Below are positions 50,461 through 64,000 of a stretch of DNA of 64,000 nucleotides, piece after piece (within the stretch, counting starts at the first letter, position 1; each line of letters starts with the position of its first letter). Under the pieces are notes generated by a model. The model worked only from the letters and a program-made list of their open reading frames with translations. It had not been told where the DNA came from and did not search any database. The position numbers were made by a program, and so were the translations under genes. Source of the DNA: the human T2T-CHM13v2.0 reference genome, Homo sapiens; the NCBI RefSeq assembly GCF_009914755.1, contig NC_060926.1; one strand, given 5' to 3'.

Positions 50461-52407
50461 TAAAAATCAGCAGCAAGACTAGTATGACTCACTTATAAAC
50501 AAATGTTTGGGTATAAATACAAAAACAGAGAGAAATATATCTGGAAAAGGATGATCACCAAAGTGTTTGTGGTGGTTATCTCTAAGTGGTCGAACTTCAG
50601 GGTGATTTTAACTTTCTACTTTTCTGCATTTTCACATGTGTATAACTACCTTTATAGTCATGAGTGCTCACCCAAGCTGATTATTTTCATTTGAGGAGCA
50701 GATGAAATGAATTACCTAAATTCTTTCCAATTATTGCCTATAATGAGTGTTCAAAATGTGTTACATTTGACTGAAAACTAAAAATGTGGACTACCATAAA
50801 TCTTCCATGAGAAGCTAGAACTCCCTATAGTTATATTTTGCTTTAAGTTGCTATTATTTTTCTTTAACTTGTTATTTAAGTATAACATATATACAGAAAA
50901 GTAAACATAACTGTACAGCTATATACATTTTCACAAATTAAACACACTCATGTAACCAGGACCTAGATTAAGAAACAGAATATTACGAACATGCCACAAG
51001 GCCCCCTTACGTTACCTTTAATCCACCATTCCCCCCGAGTAAGTATAGCCAATAGCTTGACTTCTGAGAACATAAATTCATTTTGCAGTTGCTCATTTTT
51101 ACCCTAGTATTTCTTTTTAGATCCATTCACCTTGACTGCTAGCATAAAACCAAATGAAAGATCCTGATAGTGTTTCTGTGATAAATCCTCACATGCTTTC
51201 TTTCACAAGTAACATTTAAAGCAATCACATTACTTCATAGTCACACTTTATCAAAGTGCCCCATCCCCTTTTTTGGTATCACCATCAAGTAGTGAAGTCT
51301 CTACTGCATGCCAGGTACTGTCCTAAACACTTTATACATATTCACAGACTTAACTGTCACAACAATTCTATGAGATTCAAAGAAGTTTACTAAGGACAGG
51401 TGATATCAGAGTTTAAACCTGGTAATGTTAAGACTCCAAAATCCATGATCTTTTTCCTATATCATGTTAGAGTAAATTAATAAATTACTATTAATGACAA
51501 ATAACAGGAAACCTACATGAAAGATATTGGGCTTGAAGATCATCATTTAAAAGGAAAAATGAGCTATGGATGTGAGAAGAATTATAGTAAGCATAGCACA
51601 AAAAAGGAATATGCAAGGCTGTGAGACACTAATGAAACTTATGAAGTTTCTAACATTTATTTTTGACACTGATCAATTATTATCATTGTCATACATTTTA
51701 CCTCTACATGTTACAAGCCCCACAATACATTATTATTTTTACTTTTAAGAGTCAGTAAGTTAAAAACATTCTTAAGAGGAAAAAATAATTTATATTTACT
51801 TACATATTTACCATTTCCAGCATGCTTTATTCCTTCATATAAATCCAAGTTTCTATCTGGTATGATTTTTCTTCAGCCTACAACTTCTTTTAACATTTAT
51901 TGTATTGGCAACAAATTCTTTCTGGCTTTTGTTTGAAAATATCTTTATTTCACCTTCACCTATGAATGTTATTTTCATTGGACTTAAGTCTAGGATAACA
52001 TAGGGTTGTTTTGTGGGGTTTTTCTCACCATATGAAAGATATTCTAGTTTGCATCGTTTCTAATAAGAATTTTAAAATCATTCTTATCACTGTTTATTGG
52101 ACCTAAATTTGTCTTTTTGGGGGGTTATCTTTTCGGTTTTCAGTAATCTTTTTGGTTTTCAGTAATTTGATTATGCTTTGCCTTTGTATGGTTTTGTGTT
52201 TATTCAATTTGGAGATGAGTTCCTTGGATCTGCAAGCTTAATAGTTTTCATCATGTTTGAAAAACATTCAGCTACAATTTCATATGATCCTTCCTGACCC
52301 CTCTTCTCCTGAGACTCAAATTATACACATTAGCTCACTTGATACTAGAAGCTCTGTGTTGTTGTTTTTTTCTTTTTTCTGTCTGTACTACAGTTTGGAT
52401 AATTTGT

Positions 52408-52610
52408 ATTACAGGTTGAATATCTCTTATCCAACATGCTTGGGACCAAATGTCTTTCAGGCTTTAGATTTTGGAATGTTTGCATCATACCATGCATCAT
52501 ACCAGTTGTGTATCCCTAATCAGAAAATCCGAAATCCAAAATCTGAAATATTTGGGTTGCTGACAGGATACTCAAAGGAAATGTTCATTTGAACATTTTG
52601 GATTTTGTAT
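52408..52610. mobile_element. Tigger4/Zombi-like DNA transposon fragment within an old minus-strand L1 (about 50860-53760)
   Basis: tacaggttgaatatc..ttatcc...atgcttgggacc and atccctaatcagaaaatccgaaatcc motifs. Confidence 0.7.
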
Positions 52611-54265
52611 ATCTTCAATTTCACTGATCTTGTTTTCTGTAGTGTCTAATTTGCTGTTAAACCCATTCAGTGATTCTTCATTTAATTTCACTTCATTTCA
52701 GATCTTTCAACTCTAGAAATTCCATTTTGTTGTTTTCTGTATTTTGTATTTATCTCCTCATTATGTTTAAGTTATCCTTTAATCTCAACATATTTATAAT
52801 AGCTGCTTAAAAATCCTTGACTGCAAATTCAATCATCTTTTTTTGTGGGGGTTTTGGGTGTTTTTTTTTTTTAAATCTATTTCTATTACCTGGCTTTTCT
52901 CCTGTTTTGGGGTCACATTTTCCTGCTTCTTCATAATAGTATCTTATTGGATGCTGGCCACTGTATATGTTTCATTGTTGGGTGCCTGCATTTTGTAGTC
53001 TTCCCTTAAACAGTGTTAATCTTTACTTTGGCAGGCAGTCAAATTACCTGCAAATCAGCCGTGAAGTCTTTTAAGTCTTGTTGGTTGGTTGGTATGGGCT
53101 TGTGGTAGCCTTTTTTCTAGGACTACCTACCTGATCCTTATTATTAAGGTGTGACTCTTCTGAGGTCTCTATTGAACATCCCAGAGGTTCAACAAAGTCT
53201 CTTTTCTGTGTCTGATCAGAGCTCAACCACTTCTCAATCCTTTATTAGCTCTAAGAATTATTCAGCTTACAGCTTCCTGGTAGTTGTTCTGTTCCTAGTA
53301 ATTGTTCTTTGCCCAGTCTCTTGAAATTTCACTCTAAGCATGCACAGCTTAGTATTCAGCCAAAGACTCCAATGGATCCTATGGAGACATTTGAAGTTCT
53401 TTCTCTGAGTATTTCCATTCTCTCTGATACTCGGCCCCACAAATTCCAGCCACTCCCTGAACCCTTATCTCTATTCTCAACCCAGTGAAACCACTATGCT
53501 CTGCTTGGAATGTCCTTCCATGGGCTATAATCCAGAAAGTATCTCCAAGCAGAATGACAGGGTCATATTAAGACTCTCTGTCTTTGTTTCTATTCTCTCA
53601 GTGATCACAACCCTGTACTGCCAGCTGCCCAATGTTTGAAAACAGCTGTTTCACAGATTTTTGTCCAGTTTTTTTCTCTCTTGCTTTGTCCAAATTTTTA
53701 TTTACGATGAGAATGCAAGTTGAAAAGCAATTACTCCTTCATGGCTGGGAGTGGAATTTCCCTCTCCAATTCTTTTTAAAGAAAGTGATACTGGGATACC
53801 TTTATGATATTAACTCTTCTCCAATCATGAAAGTGTTAAAAACCTTAAAAGTTTTAAATATTACCATCCCTTTGCAAATCATCTTAAATGGTACTAAACA
53901 AAAAAAATCAACTTTATTTATAAACATACTGTCCTCAATTTACAGTCATGCTAAGATAGAGCAGTGACAATGAAATTGTATTTCTTACTTATGTATAATT
54001 TATTTAATTTGAATTCCATAAAAGGCATTTCTTTATAAGTAGCAAGAGGTTTCTTTTGCTCTTCCAAAATATAAAGTTTCTTCTAACTCATTATCTTTTT
54101 TTAATACTGATTACAGAATTAAAAAGCAAAATCAGTCAGACAGCTATAAATAACTGATATAGGAATAAACTATGTCTTATGATATATAAATGCAGTTTAT
54201 TTTTATGAACTGAAGCAAAATATACCAAGAGGGTGAAAAATAGAAGACATAAAATGATAACTTAC

Positions 54266-54326
54266 CCCTTATTTGCCTGTCAACAACTCTCATTTCCTTT
54301 CTTATCTTCAATGACCACTCATTGAC
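54266..54326 (-). CDS. CHMP3: CHMP3 coding exon 2 (VNEWSLKIRKEMRVVDRQIR)
   Basis: Minus-strand cccag acceptor and gtaag donor; 61 nt; translation matches CHMP3 residues following the exon-1 N-terminus. Confidence 0.95.
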
Positions 54327-55395
54327 CTGGGAAAATTTTTAGAAAAGGAATGAGGAGAAAAGCCGAAACTCCTAACTCAATCTAATTTAAGAATTTTGTA
54401 TTAACTCCACATTTATTACAGACACAAAATTTAAAAAGCCATTTTCAAAGACAGAGCTTTAGGGTCAAATTTTACTTTTTTTTAATTTCACCTCTTTTTA
54501 TTCACAGTGCACAGGAGTTTTAAGTTATTCAAAGATTCGTAGCCGAGGGCAGGCTGTAAGCAGCACTTTATATAAAACCTCGGAAAGAGTACGGTACTGT
54601 CTAGGTACACAAAGATTTGAAGAGGTCCAAGTGCACAGTTAGCTTTAAGAGCATCAGAAAATTTTCATCTTTCACAGGTAGTCATTTCAAAAACTACTCT
54701 GTCTGTGTCATGAGAACTCATCTTTCCCTTTTTCCCTTTAAAAATAATGCTTTTCCATTTTACAAAAGAAAAACATTCCCCTAACCTATGTCTCTTATTA
54801 CCATGGTAGTTTCCTGACAGGCAAAAATTTCTGAAGCACTAAACATAGGGTGGACTGGAAATGCTGGTGGAGGTGTTGAGAAAGTAGTAAATTACTCTAA
54901 TGATTACCAAATTATTATGCAAGTGAACTGTTTTCCAATTCTTCACGTTTCAAAAACACTGAAGGAAAACCTGAGTTATGAGTCAATTAATCATTAAAAG
55001 TCAATTTTATGCTAAATTACTATGTGCTTTTTAGTACATGACTCAGAAGCTCAAAAAACTGAGTGACACTGCTATAACTAAACTCCTTCCATTACCATTT
55101 TATTACATCAACAAGGTTTCTCAGCACTTGAGTCTGATAAATCATAAAACAGAACAGAATTTATGCTGAACCCTTGTAGCATTCATTCATGTAGCAGTCA
55201 TCCATGGACATACAGACTAAATGGCATTTTTTAAAAGTCCATACCATTAGAAGATGAATTTCCAATAAATTTCATTTTTAATGTTTAATATTGAACAAAA
55301 TCTGTAAAATATTTATTATGCAACAACAATTGTAATAATTTGTGAAAGTTGTCAGAATCAAAATGAAGTCACTAGTGTATTAAAAAATCTGACAT

Positions 55396-55778
55396 ATAGA
55401 GCTGGAAAGGCTAAGAGGGTTCTCACACTTGTATACCTAAACAAAACCTATCACAAAAGATTCTGCAAAAACCACAGCCTTGCTTGCTCAAAGGCACTGC
55501 AATCTTACACAAAAAATACTTCCACAAGGACATCTGCCCAGCAACTGCCTGTCCAAACTTGGACTGGCATCACTCTTGTTATTGACCTCTGTAGCCTATC
55601 ATAATCATTTTAAAACAATTACATAATCCTCCTTTTCCCTTTAAAAATCTGTCTTCCTTTACGTCCTTGAATATATACATAGTTTACCACGGCAAGTACA
55701 TTCCCACTGCAATGCTGTTGCCAAATAACCATCATTTTCTTCTAGGGAACCTCTCTCTGTTTTTTATTTAGGTTGACC
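55396..55778 (+). mobile_element. ERV1 solo LTR (MER39/MER34-like)
   Basis: aaggacatctgcccagcaactgcctgtcc motif; ttatttaggttgac terminus. Confidence 0.7.
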
Positions 55779-56354
55779 AACTCCACTCAGAAAAAATACT
55801 TATGCACTTAAAACTGTGTGGTCATACAAGTTTTAAAAATCTAATCAGGTTTATGTACTTTTTTTGGAAGTGAAATTTATATAATTAACCATTTTAAAGT
55901 ATACAATTCACTGGCATTTAGTGCATTTACAATGTCATACAACCACCACCTCCCTATACCCTTTAAATAATCTCTTCCTATCTCCCCCTCCCCAGTTCCC
56001 TGGCAACCACTAATTTGCTTCCTGTCTCTATGGGATTGCTTATTCTGAATATGAAAGGAATCACACAATGTGTTAACTTTTCGTTTCTGGTTTATTTAAC
56101 ATGATGTTTTCAAGGTGCCTCCATGTTGTAGCCTGTATCAGTACTTCAGTCCTTTTTATGGCTGGAAATTATTCTTTTATATGTGTATAACACAACTCGT
56201 TTATCCATTCAACTGTTAATGGAAATCTGGGTTGTTTACACCTTTTGGTTACCATTTCTACCACATCTCACCAATACCTGTTATTTTCTAATTTTTTTAT
56301 GATAGCTGTCTGCTGAGTGTGAAGTGGTATCTCACTGTTTTGATTTACATTTTC

Positions 56355-58415
56355 TTTTTTTTTTTTTTTTAGTACTTATTGATCATTCTTGGGTGTTTCT
56401 CAAAGAGGGGGATGTGGCAGGGTCATAGGATAATAGTGGAGAGAAGGTCAGCAGATAAACACGTGAACAAAGGTCTCTGGTTTTCCTAGGCAGAGGTCCC
56501 TGAGGCCTTCCGCAGTGTTTGTGTCCCTGGGTACTTGAGATTAGGGAGTGGTGATGACTCTTAACGAGCATGCTGCCTTCAAGCATCTGTTTAACAAAGC
56601 ACATCTTGCACCACCCTTAATCCATTTAACCCTGAGTTGACACAGCACATGTTTCAGAGAGCACCGGGTTTGGGGTAAGGTTATAGATTAACAGCATCCC
56701 AAGGCAGAAGAATTTTTCTTAGTACAGAACAAAATGGAGTCTCCTATGTCTACTTCTTTCTACACAGACACAGTAACATCTGATCTCTCTTTTCCCCACA
56801 TTTGCCCCTTTTCTTTTTGACAAAACTGCCATCGTCATCATGGCCCGTTCTTGATGGTTGCTGTCTCTTCGGAGCTGTTGGGTACACTTCCCAGACGGGG
56901 CGACCGGGCAGAGGCGCTCCTCACTTCCCAGACGGGGCAGCCGGGCAGAGACGCTCACTTCCTAGACGGGGCGGCCGGGCAGAGGCGCTCCTCACCTCCC
57001 AGACGAAGGGCGGCCGGGCAGAGGCGCTCCTCACCTCCCGGACGAAGGGCGGCCGGGCAGAGGCGCTCCTCACCTCCCGGACGAAGGGCGGCCGGGCAGA
57101 GGCGCTCCTCACCTCCCGGACGAAGGGCGGCCGGGCAGAGGCGCTCCTCACCTCCCGGACGAAGGGCGGCCGGGCAGAGGCGCTCCTCACCTCCCGGACG
57201 AAGGGCGGCCGGGCAGAGGCGCTCCTCACCTCCCGGACGAAGGGCGGCCGGGCAGAGGCGCTCCTCACCTCCCGGACGAAGGGCGGCCGGGCAGAGGCGC
57301 TCCTCACCTCCCGGACGAAGGGCGGCCGGGCAGAGGCGCTCCTCACCTCCCGGACGAAGGGCGGCCGGGCAGAGGCGCTCCTCACCTCCCGGACGGGGTG
57401 GCCGGGCAGAGGCGCTCCCCACTTCCCAGACGGGGTGGCCGGGCAGAGGCGCTCCTCACTCCCCACTTCCTGGACGGGGCGGCCGGGCAGAGGCGCTCCT
57501 CACATCCCAGATGGGGCGACTGCCGGGCAGAGGCGCTCCTCACTTCCCAGACGGGGCGACTGCCGGGCAGAGGCGCTCCTCACTTCCCAGACGGGGCGAC
57601 TGCCGGGCAGAGGCGCTCCTCACTTCTCAGATGGGGTGGCCGGGCAGAGGCGCTCCTCAGTTCCCAGACGGGGTGGCCGGGCAGAGGCACTCCTCAGTTC
57701 CCAGATAGGGCGGCCAGGCAGAGGTGCTCCTCACATCCCAGATGGGGCGGCTGGGCAGAGGCGCTCCTCACTTCTCAGACGATGGGTGGCCGGGCAGAGG
57801 CGCTCCTCACCTCCCAGATGGGGTGGCCAGGCAGAGGCGCTCCTCACTTCCCAGACAGGGCGGCAGGGCAGAGGCGCTCCTCACTTCCCAGACAGGGCGG
57901 CCGGGCAGAGCGGCTCCTCACATCCCAGAGGATGGGCGGCCAGGCAGAGACACTCCTCACTTCCTAGACGGGGTGGTGGCTGGGCAGAGGCTGTAATCTT
58001 AGTACTTTGGGAGGCCAAGGCAGGCGGCTGGGAGGTGGAGGTTGTAGCGAGCTGAGATCACGCCACTGCACTCCAGCCTGGGCAACGTTGAGCATTGAGT
58101 GAGCGAGACTCCGTCTGCAATCCCAGCACCTCGGGAGGCCGAGGCAGGCAGATCACTCGAGGTCAGGAGCTGGAGACCAGCCCGGTCAACACAGTGAAAC
58201 CCCGTCGTCTCCACCAGAAATACAAAAACCAGTCAGGTGTGGCGGTGCGTGCCTGCAATCCTAGGCACTCGGCAGGCCGGAGGCAGGAGAATCATGGGAG
58301 CCCAAGGCAGGGAGGTTGCAGCGAGCTGAGATCACGGCAGTACAGTCCAGCCTCGGCAACAGAGGGAGACCCGAAGGGAGGGGAAGGGGGGGAGGGGGAG
58401 GGGGAGTAGGAGAGC
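56355..58415 (-). mobile_element. SVA retrotransposon (SVA_A-like), with short hexamer, Alu-like domain, VNTR, SINE-R and polyA
   Basis: Perfect TSD TTGATTTACATTTTC(TT) at 56340 and 58416; SINE-R retains the CGAAGAGACAGC segment typical of the oldest subfamily; inserted in a minus-strand L1M (~55860-59010). Confidence 0.95.
56969..57395. repeat. 39-bp tandem array, about 11 units, inside the SVA VNTR
   Basis: Unit GGGCGGCCGGGCAGAGGCGCTCCTCACCTCCCGGACGAA; units 2-10 identical. Confidence 0.95.
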
Positions 58416-58452
58416 TTGATTTACATTTTCTTAATGCCCAGTGAAGTTGGAC

Positions 58453-58836
<384 letters not shown>

Positions 58837-59512
58837 TAATTGAGTTGTCTGTTTGTTGGGTTGTATGAGTTCTTTTTACCTTCTGATAGTAGTAGACCCT
58901 TTACTGATATGGGATTTGCAAATATTTTCTCCCATTCAAGAAAGTCTTCTTTCTCAATAATGTCCTTTGAAACACAAGTTTTTAATTTTGAAAAAGTCCA
59001 GTTTATCTAAAGAATGTGTTTTCTGAACTTCTTCTTAAAGTCTCAGCTTAAATGTTACTTCAGGGAGACATTCCCTGACTCACAGAATAGGTTCAACCCT
59101 CCAGGCAGTACAACTGCACAGAACCCTATACCCCCACCTCTTTTGGAGAGCTCATTATACTTATGATTACTTACAAATATAGACTATAAGCTCCAGAAAG
59201 TCAAAGACCTTCTCTTATTCACCAAGCCCTTGCATAATGCCTGGCACAAAGGATAATAAATATCTGTTGAATTTGATTGCACGGAATACAAGATGTGATG
59301 GGACAAAAAATTTCAGCCATAAATAACACTTATGTAACAATCTTCAGAAACTTTCTATGTATGTTTTTAAATGTCAAAGAGTAAAAGTTTCATAAAATCT
59401 GTCAAAAAGAGAAATTCCTTCTAAACTTGTAAAATCAAAAGGGGCTTTGCAAAAAAGAAAAACTTACCTAAGAGAAATCTGAAGAACCAAAAGTATCCAG
59501 TCATGTCTCCGA

Positions 59513-59663
59513 CCAGTGCTTCTCAACCTGAACTACACAAAAGTCAACTGGGAAACTTTAAAAATACTAATTTAACTGGGCCAGAGGTAGAGCCCAAATG
59601 ACAGGTAGCATTTAAAATCTCTTCAGGTGACTATAATGTTATGTTAGAGTTAAGAAACACAGT
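59513..59663. mobile_element. MER5-like hAT relic
   Basis: cagtgcttctcaacct start; caggtgactataatg...gttaagaaacacag end. Confidence 0.65.
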
Positions 59664-60192
59664 CTAAGACAAAGAGCTCAAGAAAATGTATCAAGCAAGT
59701 CTCATAACTGTAAAGACTACTACAATAAAAGGAAATTTAAAACAGATGTAAAGAAAATTTGACAAATATTTATTTAGTGCCAATAGGATTTCAGTAGTAA
59801 ATGAGGCCCTTATAATTAAGTAAAACAGAACATAACGTGTACAGAATAAAAAATCAACTAGTAAATTAGACAATATATTTGAAAACCACAAGGAACCTAT
59901 AGAAAGAGTTTCACACTACCAAAATATTATCCTTTATTCAAATTCATTCACAGAGGTCTATTATATGCGAAACTAGGCAAAGGAAACTAACACCATTAAG
60001 AGGTTATTTTCCATGAACAATGCTGAGAGACAGCTTAAGACAAATAGAAAACAAAATGATTGAATTCCTGTTCCATCCTTCACTGAAATTCATTCTAGGT
60101 GGACTGAAGACATATGGAATGCAAAACTGTGGTGTTTTAAGAAGACAGTATAGGAGAATACATTTATGATTTCAGGTTAGAGGAGGAGTTCT

Positions 60193-62477
60193 CTTTTTTT
60201 TTTTTTTTTTTTTTAGTATTTATTGATCATTCTTGGGTGTTTCTCAAAGAGGGGGATGTGGCAGGGTCATAGGATAATAGTGGAGAGAAGGTCAGCAGAT
60301 AAACACGTGAACAAAGGTCTCTGGTTTTCCTAGGCAGAGGTTCCTGCGGCCTTCCGCAGTATTTGTGTCCCTGGGTACGTGAGATTAGGGAGTGGAGATG
60401 ACTCTTAATGAGCATGCTGCCTTCAAGCATCTGTTTAACAAAGCACATCTTGCACCACCCTTAATCCATTTAACCCTGAGTTGACACAGCACATGTTTCA
60501 GAGAGCACGGGGTTGGGGGTAAGGTTATAGATTAACAGCATCCCAAGGCAGAAGAATTTTTCTTAGTACAGAACAAAATGGTGTCTCCTATGTCTCCTTC
60601 TTTCTACACAGACACAGTAACCATCTGATCTGTCTTTCTTTTCCCCACATTTCCCCCTTTTCTTTTCAACAAAACCGCCATCGTCATCATGGCCTGTTCT
60701 CGATGGTCACTGTCTCTTCGGAGCTATTGGGTACACTTCCCAGATGGGGTGGCCGGGCAGAGGCACTCCTCACTTCCCAGACGGGGCAGCCGGGCAGAGG
60801 TGCTCCTCACCTCCCAGACGGGGCGGCCGGGCAGAGGCGCACCTCACTTCCCAGATGGGGTGGTGGCCGGGCAGAGGCGCTCCTCACATCCCAGACGATG
60901 GGCAGCCGGGCAGAGGTGCTCCCCACCTCCCAGATGATGGGCCGGGCAGAGGTGCTCCCCACCTCCCAGATGATGGGCAGCTGGGCAGAGGCGCTCCTAG
61001 CCTCCCAGATGGGGCGGCCAGGCAGAGGCGCTCCCCACCTCCCAGATGAAGGGCAGCCGGGCAGAGGCGCCCCCCACTTCCCAGACGGGGTGGCGGCCGG
61101 GCAGAGACGCCCCTCACCTCCCAGACGGGGCGGCCGGGAAGAGGCGCCCCTCACGTCCCAGACGGGGCGGCCGGGCAGAGGCGCCCACTTCCCAGACTGG
61201 GCAGCCGGGCAGAGGCGCTCCTCGCCTCCCAGACAGGGCGGCCGGGCAGAGGCGCTCCTCGCCTCCCAGACGGGGCGGCAGGGCAGAGGCGCTCCTCGCC
61301 TCCCAGACGGGGCGGCCGGGCAGAGGCATTTCTCACTTCCCAGATGATGGGCGGCCGGGCAGAGACGCTCCTCACTTCCCAGATGGGGTGGCGGCTGGGC
61401 AGAGGCACTCCTCCCTTCCCAGACGGGGCGGCCGGGCAGAGGCGCTCCTCAGTTCCCAGATGGGGTGGCCGGGCAGAGGCGCTCCTCACTTCCCAGACGG
61501 GGCGGCCGGGCAGAGGCGCTCCTCACTTCCCAGACAGGGCGGCCAGGCAGAGGCGCTCCTCACTTCCCAGATGGGGTTGCAGTCAGGCAGAGACGCCCCT
61601 CCCCTCCCAGAAGGGTCGGCCGGGAAGAGGCACTCCTCACCTCCCAGACGGGGCGGCCGGGCAGAGGCGCCCCTCACTTCCCAGATGGGGTGGCGGCCGG
61701 GCAGAGACGCCCCTCACCTCCCAGATGGGGCGGCCGGGCAGAGGCACCCACTTCGCAGACGGGGCGGCCAGGCAGAGGCGCTCCTCGCCTCCCAGACGGG
61801 GCGGCCGGGCAGAGGTGCTCCTCGCCTCCCAGGCGGGGTGGCCGGGAAGAGGCGCTCCTCGCCTCCCAGATGGGGCAGCCGGGCAGAGGCGCTCCTCGCC
61901 TCCCAGACGGGGCGGCCGGGCAGAGGCGCTTCTCACTTCCCAGACAATGGGCGGCTGGGCTGATACGCTCCTCACTTCCCAGACGGGGTGGCGGCCGGGC
62001 AGAGGCTGTAATCTTAGCACTTTGGGAGGCCAAGGCAGGTGGCTGGAAGGTGGAGGTTGCAGCGAGCTGAGATCACGCCACTGCACTCCAGCCTGGGCAA
62101 CATTGAGCATTGAGTGAGTGAGACTCCGTCTGCAATCCCAGCACCCCGGGAGGCCACGACGGGCAGACCACTTGAGGTCAGGAGCCGGAGACCAGCCAGG
62201 TCAACAGGGCAAAACCCCGTCTCCTCCAAAAATGCAAAAACCAGTCAGGCGTGGCGGCGCACGCCCGCAATCCCAGGCACTTGGCAGGCCGAGGTAGGAG
62301 AACCACGGGAGCCCGGGGCAGGGAGGCTGCAGCGAGCCGAGACCACGGCAGTACAGTCCAGCCTCGGCAACAGAGGGAGACGGAGACGGAGAGGAGAGGG
62401 AGAGAGGGAGAGAGGGGGAGAGGGAGAAAGGGAGAGGGAGAAAGGGAGAGGGAGAAAGGGAGAGGGAGAGAGAGAGG
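60193..62477 (-). mobile_element. Second SVA retrotransposon (SVA_A-like), full length
   Basis: PolyA; intact AATAAA (60219-60224 on minus); SINE-R; ~1.27-kb VNTR; Alu-like domain; CCCTCT-type 5' repeat; TSD GGAGTTCT (60185-60192 / 62478-62485) in a plus-strand L1M relic. Confidence 0.95.
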
Positions 62478-62686
62478 GGAGTTCTTAAACAAGACACAAA
62501 GGCAATAACCACTAAAAGGAAAAGGCTTCTTATATTTATCTATATTGAAATTAAGAATTTTTATTCATCATGACTCCATTAAGAAAGTAAAATGTTACAA
62601 ACTGGGAGATATATTCGTAATCATATAAATGGTAATAAATAAAAGGCATTTACTTATTTTTTAAGAATGGAATTCTCAATATTGTA

Positions 62687-63021
62687 CAGTCAGCCCACTA
62701 TATCCATGGGTTCTACATGTGTGGATTCAACCAACTACAGCTCAAAAATATTTAAAAAAACAAATGGTTGGCTGCATCTGTATGGAACATGTAGACTTTT
62801 CCCATCATTATTCCCTAAATACAGTGTAACAACTATTTACAGAGCATTTACATTGCATTAGGTATTATAAGTAATCTAGAGATTAAAGTACACAGGAGGA
62901 TGTACATACGTTATATGCAATTACCTTTTTCTTTTTAAATCAAGTACTTCAGCATCCATGGATTTTGGTATGGGCGGAGGGACCCTGGAACCAATCCTCC
63001 TCAGATACCGAGAAATGACTA
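62687..63021. mobile_element. MER2-like Tigger relic
   Basis: Homologous to 36356-36712 (gtggattcaaccaac, cattattccctaaa, ggaaccaatcc). Confidence 0.8.
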
Positions 63022-63286
63022 CATATGAAAATCTGCAGGATAATTTAAGTTTCTGAATGATATTGTCTTCTTCCAAAGAGGAATTACATTTGCTTCTGGC
63101 AAACATATAGCTTAAGTGTCCTGGCAATTGGTTCTTAACTAATCTTAATTAATCCTATCAGGGGATAGAGATTATTTGAAACTGGTCTTCAGTCTTTGTG
63201 AAAGCCAGTCTACTTCCAGGTCACTATTATTGCTAAGGGGTATTCTTTCAGAGTCCCAACCACAAGCCCTGAATATCTGCTTATGA

Positions 63287-63571
<285 letters not shown>

Positions 63572-64000
63572 TGAACTCCAATTTTTATACTCCCCAACCA
63601 CAGGGTTTGTCAAAAACTCTACTCAAATTCTATTTGTCACCCACTGCATTAGGAATTAGAGGATCTCTTTAGGGGGAAGGTAGTCCCAAATGATTGGGTT
63701 CATGTAACTGAGCTTCCCTCTTTGCTGAGATCTTGATTTTGCAATTTCTCACTGCCCTGGTAGCTTTCAGTGATTTCAAATAGTTACACTTTTTGTTTAG
63801 CTCTTTTAGTTATTTTTGGCAAAGGGTTGGTTCAAAGCAACTTAGTCTATAAACACCTTCATGATTTTTTAAAGAACATGTTTCCCAGTTCTGTTCCATA
63901 AAAAGGCTTAGAAGCAGGGATACTCGAATAGCAAGAAGCATCAGGCTCACTCAAATTTTGGTATCTAAATAGCATTCCCGCTAAAAGAAACCACTGCATC

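Noticed and set aside
56969-57395. CRISPR-like array
   Set aside because: Head-to-tail identical units with no unique spacers, inside an SVA, in mammalian DNA with no cas genes
56802-58055. 417-aa ORF and the other long ORFs over both SVAs (also 60689-62512)
   Set aside because: They arise from GC-rich, stop-poor VNTR units open in several frames on both strands; no evidence of a real gene

Overview
Primate genomic DNA, almost certainly human (it contains an AluYa5 with all five diagnostic positions). It holds two convergent genes. On +, the last five coding exons and 3'UTR of KDM3A (JmjC H3K9 demethylase; 1335-~4730). On -, coding exons 2-6 and the 3'UTR of CHMP3/VPS24 (ESCRT-III; exon 1 lies beyond the right edge). 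The rest is mostly transposon-derived: old L1M relics with nested Alus, a two-LTR MST-type MaLR element, solo MaLR/ERV1/LTR7 LTRs, MER2/MER20/MER5/Tigger4 DNA transposon relics, a U6 pseudogene and two SVA_A-type elements. I see no convincing new biological system. The strongest leads are local: (1) an old ~1.7-kb duplication placing a copy of the CHMP3 3'UTR/downstream region in CHMP3 intron 3; (2) a GC-AG KDM3A intron whose retention would give an NMD-escaping, near-same-size isoform with a hydrophobic tail; (3) a fresh, perfect 39-bp VNTR expansion inside an old SVA; (4) two neighbouring sense-oriented SVAs sharing an unusual variant; (5) an Alu-U6 tandem that could be one Pol III unit; (6) an LTR7Y-like solo LTR; (7) splice-site hairpins and a recursive-splice-like motif. 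Repeat subfamily names come from remembered consensus sequences and need RepeatMasker/Dfam confirmation. Boundaries of old repeats are approximate.
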